DNA from: Planctomycetota bacterium
GTDB taxonomy: Bacteria > Planctomycetota > Planctomycetia > JALXBF01
DNA: 39,045 nucleotides
Assembly (NCBI GenBank): GCA_026991575.1
Contig: JALXBF010000166.1
Location: 1 to 39,045, forward strand
Reading direction: 5' to 3'
Shown: one piece after another, positions 19,419-28,499 of the stretch
How the letters are laid out: each line of letters starts with the position of its first letter
Numbering within the stretch: position 1 is the first letter of the stretch
The notes under the pieces: model-generated
The model's database searches: none
What the model saw: the letters and a program-made list of their open reading frames with translations, nothing else
Told to the model about the DNA's origin: nothing
Position numbers and translations under genes: made by a program

Positions 19419-20468
19419 CTACGACGACCACGCTCCGGTGCGGACAAGCTCGTAAAGTTCGTCCGGCGTTGCGGTGCCCGTTTCGCCCAGTTTACGGATC
19501 GTGATCGACGCAACGGCGATCCCCAGCAGCGCTGCCTTGCGCAGTGGCCAACCGACGGCCAAGCCGGCGGCGACAGCCGCAAGCACCGAGTCGCCGGCTC
19601 CGACCGTGTCGATCGGATCGGGCACGCTGATTGCGGGTAAGTGATCTGTGCCATCCTCGGTGCAGAGTACCAGCCCGTCGGGCCCGGCGGTGCAGATCAC
19701 CGGACAGCCAGAATGTTCCGCCAGCGTGCGCGCCAGCCATTCCGAAGAGGCATCGGCGTCGATTGTGGTGTCCGCCAGTTCGGCCAGGGCTCGCGTACAT
19801 TCGGAGGTGTTGCCGTGCAAGATGACATTGTGGAACTTACCCAGCCGCTCGCGGCTTTCGACCAGCACCGGCTTCTTGGCGCGGCGAACCGCCAGCTCGC
19901 AGAGCCGCTCGCGCAGTGCCACCCCGAGCACGCCGCATTCCGGCTCCTGAACCTGGTCCACGGCCACCACCACGTCCGCTTCGTCGAACGCTTCGTCCAG
20001 ATGCCGGGCGAGATCACGGACGACGGTGGGGGGGGTGGGCGTGCGGTTCTTGATGTCCAGGCGGTTCAGTTCACGCGGCGGCGACTCGTTGGTGACGAGC
20101 GGTTTCATGTACGTGGGCGTGCGCCTGAGTTCCGTACGAAGCACGTGGCGGAGGTTGAGTCCGGGGCTCTGTTCCAGAGCCCGGCATAGAGCCCAGCCTT
20201 CCGGATCGATACCGACGAACGCTACCGGCAGGATCCTGCCCACACCGAGGCTTGCCAGGTTATTTGTGACGGTTCCGGCCGCACCTGGGCATTCGCGCGT
20301 GCGCACCACCTGGTAAGCGTCCAGGCCGGTTTCTAGGGACATTTCGGTCAGGCGGCTGTCGATGTCGAAATAGCGGTCCAGAAACAAGTCTCCCACCACA
20401 GCCACCGTCACCGAAGGGACTCGCGCAAAGAATTCGTCCAAGTCTTGTTCGGACAACCGAGCTGGCAT
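19419..20468 (-). CDS. PfkB-family sugar kinase, HldE/RfaE kinase-domain-like
   Basis: VAVVGDLFLDRY, PGAAGTVTNNLASLG and the PfkB signature DTVGAGDS, ending in TIRKLGETGTATPDEL. ATG 20468 follows GAGG. Confidence 0.88.
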   Translation of the reverse strand: MPARLSEQDLDEFFARVPSVTVAVVGDLFLDRYFDIDSRLTEMSLETGLDAYQVVRTRECPGAAGTVTNNLASLGVGRILPVAFVGIDPEGWALCRALEQSPGLNLRHVLRTELRRTPTYMKPLVTNESPPRELNRLDIKNRTPTPPTVVRDLARHLDEAFDEADVVVAVDQVQEPECGVLGVALRERLCELAVRRAKKPVLVESRERLGKFHNVILHGNTSECTRALAELADTTIDADASSEWLARTLAEHSGCPVICTAGPDGLVLCTEDGTDHLPAISVPDPIDTVGAGDSVLAAVAAGLAVGWPLRKAALLGIAVASITIRKLGETGTATPDELYELVRTGAWSS

Positions 20469-20638
20469 AGGCCAGGACCTCACAATCGCACGGTACCGTA
20501 CCAGGAACGAGCCACGGGCGGCCGTGTGCCGCGGTGCCCGACGGTAGCTTACGGCAAGCAATCTTAGCGACATGGTCTGGACTGACGAGGCCTGGTAGGA
20601 CGTTGGCCAGGGGTGCGGCTGCCATTCCGATAGATCGA

Positions 20639-22435
20639 CTAGCCGTCCAGCGGCAGGATTCCGTCCCAGTCCGGAGGTGGGCTGTAGCCGAGCTTCTTCA
20701 GCATGGGCAGCAGCCGCTGGGCCACCGGATCGTGACCGAGCCGGTGCAGGATCTCAGCAGCGAGCGCCCAGTTGCCCGCCTCGATCTGTTGCACGGCCCG
20801 CTCCAAGTCGCTCGGCTGGCTGCCGAGCAGGCCTGCGTCCGCGAGGGTTTCGGCGGGCAGCAACTCGTAGATCTCGACTGCTCGATCCATACCTTGCGGT
20901 CGCACGCGACCCAGCCGCCGGATCAGCGCCCAGTGCTCCGGGTTGGCCGCGCGCAGGCGTCGGGCGGTCGCTTCGTCAAGCAGGATGGTTGCCCCGGTCT
21001 GCTTGGTAAGTGTCTCCAGCCGGGCGGCTAGGTTCACGGGTGGTCCGTACACGGTGACCTTGAACTGTTCGGGCGTGCCGAGCCGTCCGGCAATGGCTCG
21101 CCCCGAGGCGATACCGATGCCGCAGCGGAACGCATGCAGCGGGTGGCCGGGTTGATCGGCCAGCGCTTCGAAGCGGCGTCGGATGGCCAGGGCGGCTCGC
21201 GCTGCTTTTTCCGCGCCCTGGCGGTCCACAATCGGCCAGCCCCAGAAGCCCATGGCCGCGTCGCCGTGGAAGTCACCAAGGACACCGCCGAAGTCGGCGA
21301 TGCAGTGGCTCATAATGCTGAGCGCGTCGCAGAGCCGATGCCAGAGACCCTGCAGGTCGTGCTCCCACCGGTCCGCGAACCGGCTAGAGCCGCGCAGATC
21401 GCAGAATAGGACCGTGACCTCCACCTCGCGAGGCCGTAGCACTTCCTCAAGGTCGGCGCTGTGCGAGAGCAACGTCAGGATCGGCCGAGGGAAGAACTGG
21501 ACCAGAACGGACTGGCGCCGCTGCAGGTGATACAGTCGTCGCAGCGCTGCGTGCACGCGCGCGACCAGGTCGACGTAGTCGACCTCCGGCTTCAGCAGGG
21601 ACAGGCGTTGTTGTTCTGGGAGCTGTTGCTGGCCGAGCCGGCCGGCAACGTACAGTGCCAGGTCTGGTTCGGTCGGCTCCAATAATGGCACGCACAGGGC
21701 CCAGTCCAGGTGGGCAGAGGCGGTGTACTGAGGATCTATGTCGGCCGCTGCTTCGGCAGGGGCGTTCCAGAGGTGGACGACGTTCTTGCGCATGACGTGC
21801 ACGGCGCTCCAGACCAGGCGTCGCGAAGGGTGGGGGGCAAAGCTGGGGCGGCGCGGGTCGAGCCAGGCCAATAGCCTGACCTGCGGCTCGTTGCCACTAC
21901 CCTCCGCCTGCACCAGGGCAGCCCAGTCGGCGTGGCTGACGCCAGCAAGGACGACTTCCAGCGTCTTGCGATTCAGCTCATCGAGCTCCGCAGCTGCGCT
22001 CAGCAGCTCCGGTAGCTTGCTCAACAGCGCCCGGGCCGGATGTCCTTCGGCTGCGGTGGGCTGCTGCAAGTCGGCGATCGGGTACACGAATTCGGCAAAC
22101 TCCGGGGTGCTTGCCGCTGGCGCGGTCTCTTCTGCCTCATGCCGCACCTCAAAGATCGTCTCCCCGATGACGAACCGCTCCCCGGCCGCGACCGTGAACT
22201 CATCCACGGCCCGTCCACGCCAGAAGATCGGGTTGGTAGCCTGCGGATGACGCCGCACCCAGAGCCGGCCGGCCTTCCAGTGGAGAACGGCGTGCAACCG
22301 GGAGATGTAAGGATCCCAGTCGACGACCCAATCCGCCTGGGCACGGCAGCGGCCAAGCGTGTAGGTTTTCCCCTCCGAAAGAGTTTGTACCCACCAGTGA
22401 TGGCCACCTTCTGACCGGGCGCGTAACTCAGCCAC
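20639..22435 (-). CDS. FHA domain - GAF-like - class III nucleotide cyclase
   Basis: FHA motifs LGR, ISRLHA and TNPIF. Cyclase motifs VTVLFCDLRGSS, GDFHGDAAMGFWGWP, GIGIASG and TVYGPPVNLAARLE. Confidence 0.9.
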   Translation of the reverse strand: MAELRARSEGGHHWWVQTLSEGKTYTLGRCRAQADWVVDWDPYISRLHAVLHWKAGRLWVRRHPQATNPIFWRGRAVDEFTVAAGERFVIGETIFEVRHEAEETAPAASTPEFAEFVYPIADLQQPTAAEGHPARALLSKLPELLSAAAELDELNRKTLEVVLAGVSHADWAALVQAEGSGNEPQVRLLAWLDPRRPSFAPHPSRRLVWSAVHVMRKNVVHLWNAPAEAAADIDPQYTASAHLDWALCVPLLEPTEPDLALYVAGRLGQQQLPEQQRLSLLKPEVDYVDLVARVHAALRRLYHLQRRQSVLVQFFPRPILTLLSHSADLEEVLRPREVEVTVLFCDLRGSSRFADRWEHDLQGLWHRLCDALSIMSHCIADFGGVLGDFHGDAAMGFWGWPIVDRQGAEKAARAALAIRRRFEALADQPGHPLHAFRCGIGIASGRAIAGRLGTPEQFKVTVYGPPVNLAARLETLTKQTGATILLDEATARRLRAANPEHWALIRRLGRVRPQGMDRAVEIYELLPAETLADAGLLGSQPSDLERAVQQIEAGNWALAAEILHRLGHDPVAQRLLPMLKKLGYSPPPDWDGILPLDG

Positions 22436-22700
22436 CGATCTGCTCCAATCGCTGCCTTCCTCCCAATCCTACCGGGCCGACACAGGCGCGCAGCGCCGCG
22501 CAACCGTTCCCACCGCCAAAATCTTCAACACCGCTCCACCCGGCGGACGAAAAAAACGGTGAGCCCGGCTTCGCGGTGGCCAGGCCCGCAGTCGGTATGC
22601 CCGCCCACAGTGTGCTCCAGAAGCACTGTGGTGATTGACGTACCAGCCTGTCGACCGGCAACGTACTCGGCAGGGGGAAGCGGTCAAGGAGACCGTGCCG

Positions 22701-25700
22701 ATGCAGTCCAGATCTTCAGGACGCTTGCGGGGAGCATTCCTCTGGTGGTCACTGGCTTGTGGCCTCATCCTGAGCACCGTCGGCGGCTGCAGTCGAAAGT
22801 ACTATCGCCTGCAGGCCGACGCGGAAGCTTACCAACTCATCCAGGAGAAGGGCACCGACGAGCGGTGGGCACGACGTGAGTTCTCCGTCTATCCGGACGT
22901 GCGGTCGCGGTTCTACGACCCGTACGATCCGGATTACCCGCCGATGCCCCCAGACGATCCGGAGTCGCATCAGTTCATGCACGAAGTCTACGGCATGAAG
23001 GGTTCCAAACACTGGCACGATTACGGTGATCGGGTCGGCCTGGAAAACCCGTACTGGCGTGACTACCTTGAGCAGTTCATGCGGCGTGACGAGGACGGCT
23101 ACTACATCCTGGACTTGGATGCCACGATCCAGCTGGCCCTGCTGCACTCGCCCGACTACCAGCGAAACCTGGAAGAACTCTACCTGTCGGCCCTGGACGT
23201 TGCTTTCGAGCGATTCCGGTTCGACACCCAGTTCTTCGGCGGCAATCTAACAAACTGGTTCAGCCGCGGTCCACGCCACCCCCAGGCATTCGGCGGCCAG
23301 AGCAGCAGCCAGTTGAGTACCCGTACGTACCTGGGCCGCGGGGGCACGCGTACCCTTGGGGCCGTGGCCGGGATCCAGAAGCTGCTGCCCACCGGCGGAC
23401 AACTGCTGGCAAACTTCGCCAACAGCTTCGTCTGGGAATTCGCCGGCTCAGACCAGAACCTTCAGGCACGCAGCGTGTTCAGCTTTACGTTCATTCAACC
23501 GCTGCTGCGCGCAGGCGGCCGCGACGTGGTGCTCGAGCGGTTGACGATTGCCGAGCGGGCCCTCCTGGCAAACCTCCGTCAGATGGCCCGCTACGAGAAG
23601 CGCTTCTATGCGGACCTGTACTACGGCGGTGGCACCGGTAGTGGGCCGCGGCGGCGCGGTGGCTTCCTCGGTGGTGCCGGTCTGACAGGCTTCGTTGGCC
23701 TGGGTGCGGGCGGCTTTGGAAGCGTCGGCGAGGCGGTCGGCTTCGGCCGCTTCGGCGGTTTCGTGGGCGGCGGAGCTGCCGCTGGTGGTGCAGCCGGCGC
23801 CGGCTTTGCGGCGGGCGTCGCCGTGAACGTCGGCGGCTTCTACGGGCTGGTCCAGCGGATGCAGCAGATCCGTAACCGTGAAGCGAACCTGCAAGCTCAG
23901 TTCGATAACCTCGCCCGTGTGGAAGCTCTGTTCGAGGCCGGCCGAATTGACCGGCTGCAAGTCGACCAGTTCCGCCAGAACGTTCAGTCGGCACGGAGCC
24001 AGTACCTTGATGCGCTCGTCTCATTCCAACGCACATTGGAGAGCTTCTTGACCCGCACGCTCGGCCTACCACCAGACCTGCCGGTCAAGGTAGACGAAGA
24101 GGCGCTGCGGCCGTTCCAGTTCATGGCTCCGGAGGTCACGGCGCTGCAGCGCGAGGTGCGGGCTTACTTGGACGAGGTTCGCGGTGCGGAGTCTCCCAGC
24201 GGCGACCAGATCCGCCGCTGGATCGAACAGTTCCGCTCGTTTCGCGAGCAGATCGGCGACCAGCTAGCGGCGATTGCTGAGGATGTGCAGCGGGCTGAGG
24301 CACTCAGCGACGAACGGCTCCGTCACCTGGAGAGCGAAGAGGAGCGGCGGGAATTCCTCGATCAGCTCAAGACCGTGCACGAACGCTACGAAGAGCTCAT
24401 CAGCCGATTCCAGGCCACCGAAGCCCACGCGGCCGAAGTCGAACAACTGCTCGCCGAAGGCGACGTCGCGGCTGCCCACAACCGGCTGACCGCGTTCACG
24501 GACGAACTCAGCGTCCTGCTGCTGGACATGCCACTGGTGCAGGCCGCAGCCCGCCTGGAGACACTCATCCTGCAGCCGGTCGAACTCGACTCCGAACGCG
24601 CCTTCCGTATCGCCCTGGCAAACCGGCTCGACATCATGAACCAGCGCGCCGAGGTGGTCGATCAGTGGCGGCTGATTGCGTTCAACGCCGACGACCTCGA
24701 GAGCGACCTGGACATCGAATTCGGCGGCGAGATCAACACCGTGGACCGCAACATCGCCAAGTTCCGCGGCAAGGCGGGTCAGTTGACCGCTGCCCTGCAG
24801 TTCGATGCCCCGCTGACCCGTCTGGGTGAGCGGAACGAGTACCGCCAGGCCTTGATCGACTACCAACGGGTCCGCCGCGACTACATCGGGTTCCTGGACG
24901 CCGTCCATGCCAGTCTCCGCGACCTGCTACGACGGATCGACCAGTTCAAACAGGAGATGGAACTGCGCCGACGCGCCATGCGGATTGCCATCCGAACGAT
25001 GGACCTGACCCAGGAGCAGCTGCGGCAACCACCGCGCGTCACGGAAGGTCAGACGACCACGGGGCTCGGGCCCACCGCCGTGCGCGACCTGCTGGCCGCT
25101 TTCTCCGACTTGCTGAACACGCAGAACGACGTCATGGGTACCTACCTGAACTACGAAGCCCTCCGCATGCAGCTGTACATTGACCTTGGCATTGCCAAGT
25201 TCGACGAGCGCGGCCACTGGATTGACGAGCCGCTGGAGGACGCTCTCTACGGCGTCCCCGAGATGGATCCGTACGGGCCACCGCTGTGCCCGCTGGGCCA
25301 CTACGTCCCGCCGCCCGATCCGGCGGGAGCAGATCCCCACGAGTGTACGCCCGACTGCACGCACCCACAACCCGAGGATGGCGGCGCGCTGCCGCCCAGC
25401 GAACTCTGCCCCCACTGCACCGAGATCCGCTACTACCACACCCACGTGCGGAAGGCTTCTTCGAACCAGGACAACATCCAGCACGCCGTTGCGCGACAAC
25501 GGCCGCAGCGCAAGCCTGCCGTTCGGCTGGGCCTTTTCCAGCCCAACGCTCACAGCAGCAGCAGGACCGCCCGCCTGTCACCGAACGCTCCCGTGGTGCC
25601 CGCTGGCAAGGAACGCCCCCTCGTGGATAAGCCCCCGGTCGGGCTGCGCGACGTGATTCGCCGTATGCGGCCCGGACGTTCTGGGCCAGTTGGCCGTGGC

Positions 25701-26057
25701 GCTCACAGCCCGCCAAACGTCCTGCAAGTCCCCCGTGCACTGCCACTGGGGCCGATCCGTTCGGCCAAGCCAGCAACCTCTCCGCGATCGGTCCCTAGCG
25801 GAGCTCCCTCCCCGAGCCGCAAACCTACCTCGGCACCGTCTCCGCCACCACCAGCCGTGCGGCGTTGCCCAGTTTGCGGTCGTGCCGTAGGCAGCGGCTC
25901 CAGCGGCCTCCGCACCCATCAACGACACGGTGGTGCTCAGGGTGTGGTTCAGACTGCCAGTGCTGGTCCGGCGGCTGTGTCGGACTGCAACAAGGGCGGT
26001 TCGTCACACTGGGGCAGTCTTCAGCGTGAGTGGCGGGACGCGCAGGCAATCCGCTGA
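22701..26057 (+). CDS. very large TolC-like outer-membrane efflux lipoprotein (planctomycete type)
   Basis: Lipobox-like VGGC, LALLHSPDYQRNLEELYLSALDV, FIQPLLRAGG, ALANRLDIMNQRA and FDAPLTRLGERNEYR. Sits directly upstream of adaptor and ABC genes. AAGGAG at 22686-22691. Confidence 0.8.
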   Translation: MQSRSSGRLRGAFLWWSLACGLILSTVGGCSRKYYRLQADAEAYQLIQEKGTDERWARREFSVYPDVRSRFYDPYDPDYPPMPPDDPESHQFMHEVYGMKGSKHWHDYGDRVGLENPYWRDYLEQFMRRDEDGYYILDLDATIQLALLHSPDYQRNLEELYLSALDVAFERFRFDTQFFGGNLTNWFSRGPRHPQAFGGQSSSQLSTRTYLGRGGTRTLGAVAGIQKLLPTGGQLLANFANSFVWEFAGSDQNLQARSVFSFTFIQPLLRAGGRDVVLERLTIAERALLANLRQMARYEKRFYADLYYGGGTGSGPRRRGGFLGGAGLTGFVGLGAGGFGSVGEAVGFGRFGGFVGGGAAAGGAAGAGFAAGVAVNVGGFYGLVQRMQQIRNREANLQAQFDNLARVEALFEAGRIDRLQVDQFRQNVQSARSQYLDALVSFQRTLESFLTRTLGLPPDLPVKVDEEALRPFQFMAPEVTALQREVRAYLDEVRGAESPSGDQIRRWIEQFRSFREQIGDQLAAIAEDVQRAEALSDERLRHLESEEERREFLDQLKTVHERYEELISRFQATEAHAAEVEQLLAEGDVAAAHNRLTAFTDELSVLLLDMPLVQAAARLETLILQPVELDSERAFRIALANRLDIMNQRAEVVDQWRLIAFNADDLESDLDIEFGGEINTVDRNIAKFRGKAGQLTAALQFDAPLTRLGERNEYRQALIDYQRVRRDYIGFLDAVHASLRDLLRRIDQFKQEMELRRRAMRIAIRTMDLTQEQLRQPPRVTEGQTTTGLGPTAVRDLLAAFSDLLNTQNDVMGTYLNYEALRMQLYIDLGIAKFDERGHWIDEPLEDALYGVPEMDPYGPPLCPLGHYVPPPDPAGADPHECTPDCTHPQPEDGGALPPSELCPHCTEIRYYHTHVRKASSNQDNIQHAVARQRPQRKPAVRLGLFQPNAHSSSRTARLSPNAPVVPAGKERPLVDKPPVGLRDVIRRMRPGRSGPVGRGAHSPPNVLQVPRALPLGPIRSAKPATSPRSVPSGAPSPSRKPTSAPSPPPPAVRRCPVCGRAVGSGSSGLRTHQRHGGAQGVVQTASAGPAAVSDCNKGGSSHWGSLQREWRDAQAIR

Positions 26058-26427
26058 CTTTGGAAGTTAAGCACTTCTTTGAGTCACCTTTGTTCGCGGC
26101 CGCAGACCGCGCCGTGCCGGAAACGTGGCGCGACAGCGCGCGGTTTGTCGCTTGATATGGGTAGGGGTGTGTGGGGTCGGGGTCGTTCTACCGCTCGTTG
26201 CGCACGTTAGGCCGTCTGGGCGGGTAGAATGGCTCTAGTATGGCCATCGGTGCACAGCGTTCCCCGTTAGCGGCATTCCCCATGTTCAACCTGGGCGTTC
26301 TGTAGGCTCTGGGCGTTGTTGGGCCTGGTCGTAGCGTATAACCGGTGACAGCGCCCGTCGGAGTGTGATCGGGCGGACTTACGCAAGCAGCGGGAGCGGT
26401 GAGCGCCGCGCATTGTGGAGACAGGTC

Positions 26428-28446
26428 ATGAGCAAGTCGGTAGGGTCGGCAACGGGTCGGAGCAGACTTGGGCAGGCATTGCGTTGGATTGTGCTGGCTG
26501 GTGCGGCCACGGGTCTGGCGGGCATTGCCGCCTTCACGCTAGGGGACCTCACTGGGGGCCCCGCACTGGAGGAGCTGGTGCTGACGCCGGTCGAGCGGCA
26601 GGATGTGGACATTGTCATCGTGGAGCGGGGCACGCTGGAAGCCGGGCGTAGCCAGGATTTGGTTTGCGAGGTTGAGAGCCGTAGTCCCGGAGCGCCGGCC
26701 ACGACAATCAAGTGGATCATTCCAGAGGGCACCTCGGTCAAAAAGGGCGATCTGGTATGCGAGCTGGATTCCGCAGCGTTGGAGGATGCCATACGTGCGC
26801 AGCGGATCAAGGTCGAGCAGGCCAAGGCGGCGCTGACGGCCGCGGAAGCGGATCTGGAGATCGTGCGGAGCCAGAACGAGTCGGACATCAAGGCTGCTGA
26901 GCGAACTGTGCAGCTTGCTGAGATCGACCTGAAGAAGTACCTGGAAGGGGACTATCCCAAAGAGCGACGCACGATCGAGGGCAACATTCTGATTGCGCGC
27001 GAGGAGCTACGTCGGGCCGAGGAACGGCTGAAGTATACGGAGCGGCTGTACAAGAAGGGCTTCGTCAGCGCGACGGACGTGGAAGCAGACCGGCTGGCGG
27101 TCATGCGGGCGCGCAACACACTGGAGATGGCCGAGGAAGAGCTGCGCGTGCTGGAGCAGTATACCAAGCCACGTACGGTGACCGAGTTGCAAGGTGCGTT
27201 GGAAGAGGCGAAGCGGGCACTGGAGCGGGTCAAGACCCAGGCGAAGGCCAAGGAGGCCCAGGCGCAGGATACGCTGCTTGCGCAGAAAGCGACCTACGAG
27301 ACAGAGCTGTCCACGCTGAAGAACCTCGAGTACCAGCTCAGCAAGTGCAAGCTATACGCACCCTGTGACGGCATGGTCGTGTATGCGAACGAGCGGTCCC
27401 GCTGGCGTCAGGAGGTGCAGATTGAGGAAGGGGCCTCAGTTCGGGAGGGACAGAAGATCATCCGCATCCCGGACTTGAGCTCTATGCAGGTCAATGTCAA
27501 AGTCCACGAAGCGAAGGTCTCGTATGTACGGCCCGGTCAGCCGGCGATCGTGCGGGTCGAGTCCAGACCGGACGTGGCCTTGAGAGGGCGGGTCAAGTCG
27601 GTGGCCACGATGGCGGACGCTCAGAGCTGGTTCTCGACGGGTGTCCAGGTGTTCACCGTGTTGGTCGCCCTCGACGATCCACCTGAGTGGCTCAAGCCCG
27701 GCATGACGGCCAACGTGCAGATTCTGGCCGACCGGGTCGAGGATGTTCTGGCTGTGCCGGTGCATGCTGTGATCGAGGTGAACGGCAGTTACTTCTGCTT
27801 TGTCAAGCGGGGTGCGGGCATGCCGGAGCCGGTCGAGGTCGTGCTCGGGCCCAGCAACGACAAACTGGTCGTCGTCGAATCGGGCCTGAAGGAAGGCGAC
27901 CTGGTGGTCAACAACGTCCTGTCAGTTGCCGACGACGCGGTGCTGAAGCGGTTGCGTGAAAGGACGAAGGGCTCGGCAGTTGCGGCGCAGGATCGAAAGC
28001 TCTTCAAGACGCTCTCCCGCCAGAGCGCCGGCGGTAGGGGGGCTATTGCTCAGCATGGTACGGCCGCTGGCCCCGGAGCGGTAGCTCACGGTGGTGGCGG
28101 GCCAGCTGCTGGGCCGGGCGGTAGGCCGTCCGCTGGGGACGGGCGTAAGCGGCGCGCCGGCTCAGGGGGTGGTCCAGGGGGCGGTCGTTTTCAGCTGCCT
28201 GCTTCTGGCGCAGCGTACATCGCCCGCTACGACAAGAACGGTGATGGCAAGCTCACGGAGGACGAGCTACCGGAGCGGGCACGGCGCCGATTTGCCCAAA
28301 TGGATAGCAACGGAGACGGTGTCATCGACCAGGCGGAAGCCGACGCGCTGGTGCGTCGCATTCGCGAAATGATCAAACGTTTCCGCCAGCAGGGAGGCGG
28401 GGGGCCTGGTGGCTTCCCGGGTGGTCCTGGCGGGGGGCCGCGCTAG
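26428..28446 (+). CDS. periplasmic adaptor (membrane fusion protein, HlyD/MacA-like) with C-terminal EF-hand pair
   Basis: N-terminal TM, lipoyl-like IIPEGTSVKKGDLVCELD, a long coiled coil, LYAPCDGMVVY, LKPGMTANVQI and SGLKEGDLVV. EF-hand loops DKNGDGKLTEDE and DSNGDGVIDQAE. Confidence 0.92.
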   Translation: MSKSVGSATGRSRLGQALRWIVLAGAATGLAGIAAFTLGDLTGGPALEELVLTPVERQDVDIVIVERGTLEAGRSQDLVCEVESRSPGAPATTIKWIIPEGTSVKKGDLVCELDSAALEDAIRAQRIKVEQAKAALTAAEADLEIVRSQNESDIKAAERTVQLAEIDLKKYLEGDYPKERRTIEGNILIAREELRRAEERLKYTERLYKKGFVSATDVEADRLAVMRARNTLEMAEEELRVLEQYTKPRTVTELQGALEEAKRALERVKTQAKAKEAQAQDTLLAQKATYETELSTLKNLEYQLSKCKLYAPCDGMVVYANERSRWRQEVQIEEGASVREGQKIIRIPDLSSMQVNVKVHEAKVSYVRPGQPAIVRVESRPDVALRGRVKSVATMADAQSWFSTGVQVFTVLVALDDPPEWLKPGMTANVQILADRVEDVLAVPVHAVIEVNGSYFCFVKRGAGMPEPVEVVLGPSNDKLVVVESGLKEGDLVVNNVLSVADDAVLKRLRERTKGSAVAAQDRKLFKTLSRQSAGGRGAIAQHGTAAGPGAVAHGGGGPAAGPGGRPSAGDGRKRRAGSGGGPGGGRFQLPASGAAYIARYDKNGDGKLTEDELPERARRRFAQMDSNGDGVIDQAEADALVRRIREMIKRFRQQGGGGPGGFPGGPGGGPR

Positions 28447-28499
28447 GCTAAGCGTGGCAACGGTGACAGAGGCACGCCAGTGACGAGCGAGAGGGCAAG

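Noticed and set aside
20028..20035. G8 homopolymer as a phase-variation tract
   Set aside because: Short, encodes a Thr/Pro stretch in an intact frame, and is unremarkable at this GC content.
26063..26080. GAAGT/ACTTC-TTT hairpin after the TolC-like gene as a terminator
   Set aside because: The 5-bp AT-rich stem is too weak to call.
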